Assembly: GCA_963674785.1 (NCBI GenBank)
Contig: OY771555.1
Location: 384,001-448,000, forward strand
DNA length: 64,000 nucleotides
Source of the DNA: Caldisericia bacterium
GTDB taxonomy: Bacteria > Caldisericota > Caldisericia > JAAYUI01
Reading direction: 5' to 3'
Shown here: positions 20,683 to 30,160 of the stretch, one piece after another
How the letters are laid out: the number at the start of each line of letters is the position of its first letter
Numbering within the stretch: the stretch's first letter is position 1
Made by a program: the position numbers and the translations under genes
The notes under the pieces: model-generated
What the model was told of the DNA's origin: nothing
Seen by the model: the letters and a program-made list of their open reading frames with translations, nothing else
The model's database searches: none

Positions 20683-22581
20683 ATGTTAAGCAAAAACTAT
20701 AAACTAACCTGGGAGATTTTGGTTTTATTTTTGATTTGTACAATATTTTCTTCCGTCCTATTGGGGTGTGGACAAACAATCTCAAGCGAAGCAAAATACG
20801 AGGAGACCCAACCACAAAACTCTGATTTGCTTTTACCAAATAATGCTCAACCTCAAGAAAAAGAAGGAAAGAACGACACAGAGGGATTTTTGAAACAACA
20901 TATTATAAGGTTTGAACTAAACCTCGAGAACACGAAAAACAAAGTTTTTTGTGAAAAGGGATTCACGCAATTAACAATCTCAAGCGAAGAAAAAAACGTT
21001 TCTTCGGTTTTTCTGGGAAAATACCGATCTCCGCTATTGCCACATGTAATTTCCAAAATCGATCTTGATGAACTCGGGATACCAGGTAATAAAAAAATAG
21101 AACGTATTGATATAAACGAGGAAAATTCAAATATAATCACAAAAGCCTTTTCTCCAGAGTTTGCAAACATTCAGCTTGGATATTTAAAATACCATATCAG
21201 CAACAGCGAAAATGAATACTACATCGAAGAGAGGCTCGAACCCGAGATTTTTCCATATCTTTGTGATGACAACTTGAAGTATTATGTTGAGGATATAAGT
21301 GGCGAGAGAAAAGCAACGGTTGATTTAAACCCAATAAAAAGGATTTTTCGAATCGGAAGGCTTTGGTTTATCTCGTACTACACAGGGCAGGTATGTTTCG
21401 ACATCAAAACATCAAAAGAAGACAAGGCTCTGGATGACGAATATGATCTCTTGATTATCGCAGATGAGAGATACATCGGAAAACCTCGAAACAGCAAGAA
21501 GCTTATGAATCTTTCAGATTATGCTAATTGGAAGGAACAAAGCTTTGGGACAAAAACAAAGGTCGTATCCCTACAAGAAATCTTTGGAACAAGATACCTG
21601 AAACCGATTGACAAAACCCATGAAATAAAAAAATTTATAATGGATGAACATAAAAAAAGCGGATGCAAATATGTTTTTTTGGTTGGCAACTTTGAGGAAA
21701 TCCCAGGTGAGATTGTCGAGATAGAAAATTTCTCAGCAGTTTCAAAGGTACCTTCCGACTTCATTTTTTGCGATGTCGATATTTCAAATTCTGAATATGT
21801 TGGAGAAATGAGAGTTGGAAGACTTCCAGTGATGAGCATTGAGGAACTTCAAAAGTATCTGCAGAGTGTAAAAGATTACTGCGAAAATGATAATGATGAC
21901 AAATACTATAATCGATACCTTTTTGCAATGGGAGTTGCAAATGAGATGGTAAGATGCCACCTTCACTCAAGGGATATGGTCGAAGAAATAAAAAAAGGGG
22001 TAGTATCTGAGGCTGGCTCAGAACTTGATATTGATTTCTATCATATTGACAGCAGTGACCAAATAAAATCAGTTCTTATTGAAGATATAAATAAGTTCCT
22101 TTCCGAGGTGAAACCGACATTCTTTGACATACTTGACCACGGCACAGTTTACGATATTGCTGGAAATCTTGGATACGAATTTGATGCAAAGGTTCCATGG
22201 ATGCTTTATTCTGTCGCATGTGATAGCTTTGACTTCACAAACATCTACAGCGACAAGAAGAACTTCTACCAAAACCTGCTTTTCTCTGATGACTCAAAGT
22301 GTTTTGCATTCATAGGCAACACCGACAAGAGTGTCACATTCCCCTGCAAAGACACCCTGACAGATAGCTTTTCATTTGGTTGCTCACACGAATTCCATAC
22401 TGAGTTCATAAGCCAAATCATAAGGAAAATTCCAGAATCCGAAAGAACGATAGGGAACCTTTTTCTCCTATCAAAAAATAATAGGTTCTATCTTGGTTCA
22501 GGAAGAGAAGATTTTGAAATCTCATTTCACAGCTTGAATCTCTGCGGAGATCCATCAATTGTTCTGAAACGATCAAAATAG
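20683..22581 (+). CDS. Peptidase C25 (gingipain-like) cysteine protease lipoprotein
   Basis: Lipobox LLGC; YVFLVG, SDFIFCD, VGRLPV, His-Gly (DHG), catalytic Cys (SVAC), terminal NLCGDPS. Confidence 0.8.
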   Translation: MLSKNYKLTWEILVLFLICTIFSSVLLGCGQTISSEAKYEETQPQNSDLLLPNNAQPQEKEGKNDTEGFLKQHIIRFELNLENTKNKVFCEKGFTQLTISSEEKNVSSVFLGKYRSPLLPHVISKIDLDELGIPGNKKIERIDINEENSNIITKAFSPEFANIQLGYLKYHISNSENEYYIEERLEPEIFPYLCDDNLKYYVEDISGERKATVDLNPIKRIFRIGRLWFISYYTGQVCFDIKTSKEDKALDDEYDLLIIADERYIGKPRNSKKLMNLSDYANWKEQSFGTKTKVVSLQEIFGTRYLKPIDKTHEIKKFIMDEHKKSGCKYVFLVGNFEEIPGEIVEIENFSAVSKVPSDFIFCDVDISNSEYVGEMRVGRLPVMSIEELQKYLQSVKDYCENDNDDKYYNRYLFAMGVANEMVRCHLHSRDMVEEIKKGVVSEAGSELDIDFYHIDSSDQIKSVLIEDINKFLSEVKPTFFDILDHGTVYDIAGNLGYEFDAKVPWMLYSVACDSFDFTNIYSDKKNFYQNLLFSDDSKCFAFIGNTDKSVTFPCKDTLTDSFSFGCSHEFHTEFISQIIRKIPESERTIGNLFLLSKNNRFYLGSGREDFEISFHSLNLCGDPSIVLKRSK

Positions 22582-22702
22582 ACTCATTATAATTAAGAAA
22601 TTCTTGGATATTTTTATGAGATATTCCTAATTTACTTACTGTATTTTATTTTAGCTTGCAAAAATTTAGAAATATGTTATCCTTTGACAAAGGAGAGTGC
22701 AT

Positions 22703-23113
22703 ATGAAGAAAAGGATTTCATGTAACTTCAAGTTCAATTTAGAGGCTAAATATCTTCTAATAAGATTCAGCGGATCCATTATCTATCCAACAGATATGGA
22801 AATATGTGCACTCAAAGCATTCAAAAACATCAAAGAATCTGCAAGGATTGCAGGTTCAAAAATATGGCTGATCATCGACTTTTCTTTTCTAGACCTCGAT
22901 AATTTTGTTTTCATAAAAGAGATAGATAATCGAATCAGAAACATGCTCTCAGAAAACGTCGAAGATTGGGTTGCAATTTCAAGAAGCTTGAAACAAAGGA
23001 TGAAGTTAAGCTTGTTATCAACTTTTTACAGAAAAAAAATCACATTCTACAGCTCATTTTTGGCTGCAGAAAATGCAATTGTGGACATCCAGGCAAAAAG
23101 AATGTTTGTGTAA
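22703..23113 (+). CDS. Hypothetical protein, possibly STAS/SpoIIAA-like
   Basis: AGGAG RBS; TTGCAA / TGnTATCCT promoter; LIIDFS strand and F.S...AE C-terminus. Confidence 0.55.
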   Translation: MKKRISCNFKFNLEAKYLLIRFSGSIIYPTDMEICALKAFKNIKESARIAGSKIWLIIDFSFLDLDNFVFIKEIDNRIRNMLSENVEDWVAISRSLKQRMKLSLLSTFYRKKITFYSSFLAAENAIVDIQAKRMFV

Positions 23114-23123
23114 AAAAGAATTT

Positions 23124-23150
23124 GCTCCCCACATCAAAACTGTGGGGAGC
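23124..23150. terminator. Stem-loop between convergent genes
   Basis: gctccccaca-tcaaaac-tgtggggagc. Confidence 0.8.
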
Positions 23151-23161
23151 ATATAACAAAC

Positions 23162-23527
23162 CTACTTTGCATCACAATCCCACTTGAAGATACCAACCAA
23201 ATTATCCTCGGTATCCTTGAAATATGCTGAGTACCCGATTCCAGGGATTGGCATGATCTCAGAAACCATAGTCCCTCCGGCTTCCTTGATTTTTTCAATC
23301 GACTCTTCCATGTTGGCAACCGAAATAACAACATTGTTTGCCATTCCAGGCTCACGCCTCATAATAGCACCATCTATCCCAGGTTCTTCCTTTTCTCCGG
23401 TTGTGCAAAGCCAATAGTCAGCCTCACCACCCCATTTTCCGATTTCCCAGCCAAAGACTGTTTCATAGAATTTCACAGCTCTTTCGGGATCATCTGCGGT
23501 AAGCTCAAAATGATTTACTTTTGCCAT
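23162..23527 (-). CDS. VOC / glyoxalase-bleomycin resistance family protein
   Basis: Start reassigned to ATG 23527 (AAGGAG RBS); VNHFELTADDPERAVKFYETVFGW; FKDTEDNLVGI. Confidence 0.9.
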   Translation of the reverse strand: MAKVNHFELTADDPERAVKFYETVFGWEIGKWGGEADYWLCTTGEKEEPGIDGAIMRREPGMANNVVISVANMEESIEKIKEAGGTMVSEIMPIPGIGYSAYFKDTEDNLVGIFKWDCDAK

Positions 23528-23532
23528 ATCAA

Positions 23533-23901
23533 TTATTCTCCTTTTTTCAAACTCTTTTTCATAAACCAAGTTATTAAAAACAATACACCGAGGATTAGAA
23601 ATATTGTGATAATCCAACCAGAAAAGAATTTTCCTGAGGATATCATGTTTGTGATAACGAAAATAAGATAGCCTGATAGAACAACAATTCCTGCAAGAAG
23701 CTCATGAAACCAAAAGACAACAAGCCCCATAATCATCATACCCATCCCAACAAACATTACGATCTCACTTACTGTCAGACCAACTGGCCACCCCTCAACC
23801 TCAAAGGCTCCTACAAAAAACAGGCACATAAAAATAAACATTATGGCTGCAAGAACTCTCAGTATCCACTTTATCAAATTTACAATCAATCTCTTGTCCA
23901 C
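23533..23901 (-). CDS. Four-TM membrane protein
   Basis: Four hydrophobic helices; GTG start; co-oriented with and 5 bp upstream of the VOC gene. Confidence 0.75.
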   Translation of the reverse strand: MDKRLIVNLIKWILRVLAAIMFIFMCLFFVGAFEVEGWPVGLTVSEIVMFVGMGMMIMGLVVFWFHELLAGIVVLSGYLIFVITNMISSGKFFSGWIITIFLILGVLFLITWFMKKSLKKGE

Positions 23902-24006
23902 TTTATACCCCCGTACGTATCACCGATTCTAGCTGCAATATTAATATAAGTCAATTTGAATGATTCCTTTATTTCAAAACTTACAAATGAGTATAAAGTA
24001 GCAGAT

Positions 24007-25266
24007 GTGAAGGGGATAGGATATTTTATAGTAGCCTGGGGAGTGATTCTCCTTTTTGGATGCAATTCACCGTTTGTTTCGGTCGATCTATGTATTGAAA
24101 CTGTTCCCCCGGGGGCATCAATAATTGTTGAAGGGAAAACGCTTGGGAAAACTCCCAAAACAATCGATGTGAGATCAAACGATTCTGTCACTGTTTCTTT
24201 ATCAGGATACAAGGTCGAAACAATAAGCCCAAAAGAAACATCAGCTCCGAGAACATACAAGTTCATTGAGCTGAAGAAATTACACAAAATTTATCTTGAC
24301 TACAAACCGAGAGGTTCGAAGGTCTACAATTCTGACGACTCATTCCTCGGAACAACACCATGTGAGGTTGAAATGACTCGAGGGGAAAAAACCGTCTCTG
24401 TAAAATTCCCATATCATGAGGATTACATCGATTCATTCGTTGTCACAGGTTCGGGTATGAGAACTGAGGAGCTTGTTCCAACAGTTAAGTATTTCCCAGA
24501 GACATACTGTAATATAACAACAACTCCAGAGGGTGCTTCCGTAAAATCACTGGTTGCATGCGGAGAAAAACTGTTGGGTGAATTTGATGAATGGGGTTTG
24601 ACACCAGTTAAAGGAACTAACTCTGACGTGATGGAAGCAAAATGTGACAGAGTATTTTTCATAAGTCACGAATCAAAATATCCAGCGGTATTGAGATTCA
24701 GAGGAAGCATCAATACAAACTTAGAACTGGCAGACAAAAAAAACATCAATATCCCAGATTTACCAGACAAGACACCACAGAATCTTGAGTTTAAAAGAGG
24801 AATATTTGAAGATGGAAACCAACCCTTCAAAGCTGTTTTTGAAGGCAATTTCTTCAAAATTATCTCAACAAAGTACTTTGTTCCTGTTGAGATAATCGAC
24901 CTTAGAACTGATAAATCAGATATTTCTGGTGCAAGTTGGTTTGATGAGAGATTCTTTATTGTCAGATTTAAAAGTGGCGAAGGTGACACAAAATACTTGA
25001 TTTACGATTCAAAAGAAAGAAGAAGAGTCTCTTTTGACAATTTTGGTCTCTATCATGAAAGGAACATCCCAGGAATCATAAGATGGAAAGAACAGATTCC
25101 TACAAGTCCAACAAGAGTAAATGAGTTTTTTGACATAAGATATTCAGAAAATAATGATGGTTTGTTTTTCTTCCTGAAACTCTATTCAGGAGCTGGTTGC
25201 TGGCTTGTAATAAAGACCGATTTTGAGATAAGCAGTTCACAACTTGTTGATATTTTGTTCCAGTAG
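24007..25266 (+). CDS. PEGA-domain lipoprotein
   Basis: Start reassigned to GTG 24007; lipobox LFGC; three PEGA-like repeats (TVPPGA...LGKTP, KPRGS...LGTTP, TTPEGA...WGLTP). Confidence 0.8.
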   Translation: MKGIGYFIVAWGVILLFGCNSPFVSVDLCIETVPPGASIIVEGKTLGKTPKTIDVRSNDSVTVSLSGYKVETISPKETSAPRTYKFIELKKLHKIYLDYKPRGSKVYNSDDSFLGTTPCEVEMTRGEKTVSVKFPYHEDYIDSFVVTGSGMRTEELVPTVKYFPETYCNITTTPEGASVKSLVACGEKLLGEFDEWGLTPVKGTNSDVMEAKCDRVFFISHESKYPAVLRFRGSINTNLELADKKNINIPDLPDKTPQNLEFKRGIFEDGNQPFKAVFEGNFFKIISTKYFVPVEIIDLRTDKSDISGASWFDERFFIVRFKSGEGDTKYLIYDSKERRRVSFDNFGLYHERNIPGIIRWKEQIPTSPTRVNEFFDIRYSENNDGLFFFLKLYSGAGCWLVIKTDFEISSSQLVDILFQ

Positions 25267-25270
25267 GCTA

Positions 25271-25298
25271 TTGCACCACTTGACTAGGATGCTATACT
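25271..25298 (+). promoter_or_regulatory. Sigma70-type promoter, leaderless configuration
   Basis: TTGCAC-16-TATACT with TG extension; GTG start 6 nt later; no SD. Confidence 0.65.
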
Positions 25299-25304
25299 CA
25301 TTGC

Positions 25305-27650
25305 GTGAAATCCTTTGCTAGATTATCTTTTATTGTCTTTCTTGTGGCTTTGTTGGCTCTGCCACTCACTACAATAGCTGCATCTAGTATCAAGATGACA
25401 ATCGAGTGTAACCCACAGGCAATCGACATCGATCAATCGACAGAGGTATTTATAACTCTCAAAGATGATGAAGGAAAACCAGTTGTTGGACAAAACATCT
25501 TTGTCGGCGTAACTGGCATAAAAGGTGCCTTCAGTTTTGAGATGCTCACAACAGGTTCTGAAGGAACTGCATCAACAACCTTCACCCCGCAAGAATATGG
25601 AATGGGTTATATCATAGCAAAAGCAAGCATCAGACATGGGACTTCGATTCTTTCAATCACAGCAGAAACAACAATAAAAGTTGACAACATGAACAAACCC
25701 CCAACTTCAAAGATCACAAACGCATTCCCTAACCCTGTTTCAATTGGAGAGACAATTCAGTTTTCCGGTGAAGGTGACGATATTGATGGGAAGGTCACAG
25801 AGTGGAAATGGGATATGGGAGACGGAACGGTCTTTACAGGGACAGGAGACAGTTCATCGGTCACCCACATATATGAAAAAGTCGGAGACTACAAAGTCAC
25901 ATTCATGGTAAAAGATAACTCCGATATCTGGTCAAATCCATCCTGGGTAACCATCAAGGCTTATACAAACAATGCACCACAGATCGCAAAAGTTGGAGAA
26001 TGGGAGACCTCTGCTTTAACAGGACACGAGATTACCATCTCTGCACTCATCACCGACCCTGATTCAAATCTTTCAAAATGCATCTTTGATTGGGGAGACA
26101 ACACAACAGAAGAATTTGATATCACTGGTGGAAGCGCAACACTAAAATCAACCCACAAGTACGATAAGACAGGCATCTATTACCTAAAAATACAGGCGGC
26201 TGACTTAAATGGTGGTACAACAATATACCCAGAAGAAGGTTGGAAAATAAATGTTTATGGCATGTCAAAGGGCGGAATAAAGATTCTCTTCCCAGATTCT
26301 GCTGGTGAACAGATTGATTTTATTGGACCTTTCCCAAGCAGAGACATTGCACTTTCAAAAACTCTTGAGGATTGGGGGCTGGATACAGGATTCACACTAC
26401 TCCCTGGCAAATACAAATTATTATCTGGAAATCGCACATCTGCATTGAGACCAATTACTGGAGAGATTGAGATAAAGCCTTTCAAAACAAGTGAGATAAA
26501 GTGTATCAGATGGACTCCGAAACTCGCAACACATATTTTTATAAACGGCAAGAATCCAGCAAAAATTATTGGGAAATTCTATGATACTGATGGGGATATT
26601 GAAAAACCTGCACTCATAAATATCTCAAATGAAAACAATATCGATGGAATATGCTTTAGTGCAAACAATGGCAATTTTACAATTCCAGCAGAGGGGCTTG
26701 AAGAAAGCAACATCAAAATAAAATTTGTGATTGACGGGATTATTGGAGAAAAAATTCTGCATATCCCAAAAGAACTCCCAAACATAAAACTCACAGCCAG
26801 ACCACAGGTGGATGGTTGCATCCAATTGGATGTTGCCGCAGAAGGAATCGACAGCAAAATCAATCTTACCGCAAGTGTTTTCTCCGTTGTCACAGGCAGA
26901 AGAATAAAATCGAATGATGTAATAAATGATATCCCCACCGAATGCACCCCTGGAATCACAAAACTTGAAATCAATCGATTTGATTCATACAAATATATTG
27001 TCCGAATCGATGCAACACACACTAGCAACAACATAACATCCACAGACCACACAAGTTTCGTTCCTTATATCGGTGATCAGAAACTTCATCTGGACTGGGG
27101 ATATTCGGATGATTCAATCGTTTACAGCGGTTACCTCACAAGCAAAGAATCTGGTGAAATTCTCACCGACCAACAATTTGTGGTTTCAAAAGATGGCAAT
27201 TATTTTGGGAAGATCCCAACAAAAAATGGTCTTTTTCTTGAGGAAAAAAATGTTTCAGAATTGCTGAAATCCAGTGATAATGGACTCGAACTAAAAATAT
27301 CCACTATCTCTTCCGGACTCACATTTGAAGAGAAGATGTTTGTCAGGCATCATGACTTTTATCCAAACCTCGAGATAAAAAGAGGCGAAAACGGCTTATC
27401 ATTCACCCTGCTTGATGGTTATGGTGAACCGATTCCAGGCAAATGGATATCCGTACACTTCATCTCAAAAAATGGAATTGTTACCGAAAAAGAGTGTGAG
27501 ATGCTGGGATATCCTGACTCGAGCGTCCGAACATCAATAAACGGGGCTGCAAACTTCACCTTTGATGACAGCGAATTCCAGGAACTCAGCATCCTTATAA
27601 AAACAAATGTTGATGATTATCCTATCTTGAAGCATTTCAAGATAAAGTAG
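25305..27650 (+). CDS. Secreted Big_1/Ig-like + two PKD-domain protein
   Basis: Signal peptide; ITLKDDEGKPV (Big_1-like); WKWDMGDG...HIYEKVGDY and FDWGD...HKYDKTGIY PKD motifs. Confidence 0.85.
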   Translation: MKSFARLSFIVFLVALLALPLTTIAASSIKMTIECNPQAIDIDQSTEVFITLKDDEGKPVVGQNIFVGVTGIKGAFSFEMLTTGSEGTASTTFTPQEYGMGYIIAKASIRHGTSILSITAETTIKVDNMNKPPTSKITNAFPNPVSIGETIQFSGEGDDIDGKVTEWKWDMGDGTVFTGTGDSSSVTHIYEKVGDYKVTFMVKDNSDIWSNPSWVTIKAYTNNAPQIAKVGEWETSALTGHEITISALITDPDSNLSKCIFDWGDNTTEEFDITGGSATLKSTHKYDKTGIYYLKIQAADLNGGTTIYPEEGWKINVYGMSKGGIKILFPDSAGEQIDFIGPFPSRDIALSKTLEDWGLDTGFTLLPGKYKLLSGNRTSALRPITGEIEIKPFKTSEIKCIRWTPKLATHIFINGKNPAKIIGKFYDTDGDIEKPALINISNENNIDGICFSANNGNFTIPAEGLEESNIKIKFVIDGIIGEKILHIPKELPNIKLTARPQVDGCIQLDVAAEGIDSKINLTASVFSVVTGRRIKSNDVINDIPTECTPGITKLEINRFDSYKYIVRIDATHTSNNITSTDHTSFVPYIGDQKLHLDWGYSDDSIVYSGYLTSKESGEILTDQQFVVSKDGNYFGKIPTKNGLFLEEKNVSELLKSSDNGLELKISTISSGLTFEEKMFVRHHDFYPNLEIKRGENGLSFTLLDGYGEPIPGKWISVHFISKNGIVTEKECEMLGYPDSSVRTSINGAANFTFDDSEFQELSILIKTNVDDYPILKHFKIK

Positions 27651-27677
27651 TTACAACCAATAATTTTTCAGATTCAC

Positions 27678-27735
27678 TTGACACGGGTTTCTTATTTCAT
27701 TATCATTGAGCGTATACTCAATGAGTGGGTACTCA
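27678..27735 (+). promoter_or_regulatory. Promoter with tandem palindromic TetR operators
   Basis: TTGACA(27678)-17-TATCAT(27701); ttgagcgtatactcaa (27706-27721) and tgagtgggtactca (27722-27735), both TGAG-N6-CTCA. Confidence 0.75.
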
Positions 27736-28326
27736 ATGAATAAAAGGGAACAACAAAAACTAGAGACAAAAGAGAAGATCATCGACATAGCAACAAACCT
27801 ATTCTCAGAAAATGGTTTCTCAGAGGTTTCCACTCTTGATGTCGCAAAAAAAGCTGGTGTCTCACACGGAACAATCTTTTCACATTTCAAATCCCGCGAT
27901 GAGTTGATTTTTGCGGTTGTTGAAAGATTCAGTGCAAAGCTTCTAACTCGAATTAACACCCTCATGTCTGAGGACATGTCACTAAAAGAAATAATCACAA
28001 TCCATCTTTCAAGTCTGCTTGATTATGAGGACTTCTATAGAGAACTGATAATCGTATCACCAAGGCTCACCGGTAGAGCAAAAAACCAGTACATCTTCCT
28101 GATGTCTTCAATTTCAGAAATAATCAGCTGCGCCAAGGAAGAACAAACGAAACTTGAACCAAACGCGATTTTTACAACATGGGTTTCACTGCTTCACTAC
28201 CACCTCACAAGTCGACCACTCTTTTCACCTGGTGAATCCGTGATCGAGAAAAAAGGCAAGGAGATAAAAAAACTTTTTATGAGCCTTGTGATGGATAAAA
28301 AAGAAATGGAGGGACAAAATGAATAA
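27736..28326 (+). CDS. TetR/AcrR family regulator
   Basis: KIIDIATNLFSENGF...DVAKKAGVSHGTIFSHFKSRDEL HTH; start 27721 or 27736. Confidence 0.93.
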   Translation: MNKREQQKLETKEKIIDIATNLFSENGFSEVSTLDVAKKAGVSHGTIFSHFKSRDELIFAVVERFSAKLLTRINTLMSEDMSLKEIITIHLSSLLDYEDFYRELIIVSPRLTGRAKNQYIFLMSSISEIISCAKEEQTKLEPNAIFTTWVSLLHYHLTSRPLFSPGESVIEKKGKEIKKLFMSLVMDKKEMEGQNE

Positions 28327-30158
28327 ATGCAGGTCGTGTGGAAGGATGCTCAAGGCAGATGAACAGGGGAAAGATTTCTGCAAGCATTGTGTAGATGAGA
28401 ACGGGAGTCTCAAGTCGTACGAACAGGTATCAGAAAATCTTGCAAAATACCTGAGAGAGACACAAGGGCTAGATGAGAGGGCATCGGCCAACGCTGCAAA
28501 AGCAATTGTTTCAAGCCAACCGGTCTGGGAGAAGAAACAGGGAGTATATTTTGAAGGGGATATGAAAAGAAAGAGAAACACAATTGTTACGTTAGTTGTT
28601 GTGTTTGCATTAATTTTGACGGGGGTTGGGATTGGGGTATTTGTTTTTGATAAACCTGAGGAGCAGTTAGCAGAATCAAAGCTTTTTGATAAAGAAAACC
28701 CATTAGTCATAAATAAAACAGTAGGTCATAACACATATATGTTGGATTTACCAGGATATCAATCCAACCCCTCTGTCATAAACCTAGCCAATGAAGGCTC
28801 TGACAAAAAGAATGATGCAATAATTTTCGCATCATATGTGAGACCCCAGAAGACTGATAGGCAAATTGAGCCCGAAGATGAGTACAAACTATTGAGAGTC
28901 AAGATTTCAGATGAAGGAAGCAAGGGGAAAGGTGTAATCTTAAAAACAGAGAAATTAGTCTCTGATAGATATGAGAAAAACTCAAGATTTTTCTTCCTTA
29001 GAACTAAAAACTCTGAGGAAAGTGTTTACACATATGATTCTCTGTTTAATAATCAGAGATATGGTGAAAACAGTGCACCTTTCAAATGGGAACCAGTCAC
29101 AAAGCCATATCACCCGCAATACTCAGTACTTGATGAACACATGAATGAAGATACATACTACCAAGTTAATGATGAATATATAATGTGGTGTGAGTTTGAC
29201 AAGAAATCATCAAGCCAGAGCCTGTATCTCAGAAACTTTGACACACTCAGAACAATTGAGATAAGTAAAACTGTTGCCCCTTACACAAAACCACTTCTTC
29301 TAGCAAACCACATCGTATGGGAAGATAATAGAGAAATATCAAGCAAGTCATGTGCGATATATTCATATAACATTTCGTCGGATAGTGAGAAGCTACTTCA
29401 TCACTCGGATAAAAATGTTGCACTCCTTAAGAGCAAAAATCCAAGCTTCATTCTTTTTGTAACCTATGCTGATGATATTAGAAGTTATGGCAATCCCGAC
29501 TATACTCTCAATATTTACAACCTGATAAAATCAAAGGTTGAATATTCATTTAATGATGAAATAAGAATTGGCGAGACTGGGCTTGGTAACTACAGCAGAC
29601 ACTTGCCGAAAGTATGTATCTCTGAAAATCCAAAGAACCCAATTGTGACCTGGGGAATCATGAAGAAATACGAGGGTGGTTATTGTTTTGGGAAGGGAAG
29701 AAAACTAGTTGATGACAGTTGATGACAGAGAAGGTATCGCAATCCTCAAAGTTGGCGTTGATAAAGAACCCTTCATAATAGAGAAACTTGAAGAGCATCT
29801 CAATATGAATCCTGTTTTTGTTACAGATGAATACGTGATTATTGATAATAGGTGGGAATTCAGAATCGCTAAAATTCCAGAAAACTATGAGCAGCCAAAG
29901 TTAGTCAAAATTTTTGAGCCAATCAAGGAATATATCGATCTTAACTTCAAGATAAATATCGATAAAGATTTCATTTTTTGGAAAGTTCTAACGCACAGAA
30001 AATCAGAGCCTGGAGAAGATAAAGTCAGAAGTATTGGTGGAATAGAAGTGGTGTATGAGGGAGGGACATATGAGATTCAAACAGGCTCAAACATCTGCTG
30101 GGCAAGGTTATCTGAAATTTTTCCAGAGCATGAACTAGTGGGAGCGATGGGAGAGTAA
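28319..30158 (+). pseudogene. Zn-ribbon/TM/extracellular-domain protein paralog 1, split into ORFs 28319-29722 and 29709-30158
   Basis: CRSC...CKHC Zn ribbon then TM; tandem duplication agttgatgac x2 at 29707-29726; removing one copy restores KLVDDREGIAILKVGVDK, collinear with paralog 3 (DKDYGIAYFRIGVDK). Confidence 0.85.
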
Positions 30159-30160
30159 GT

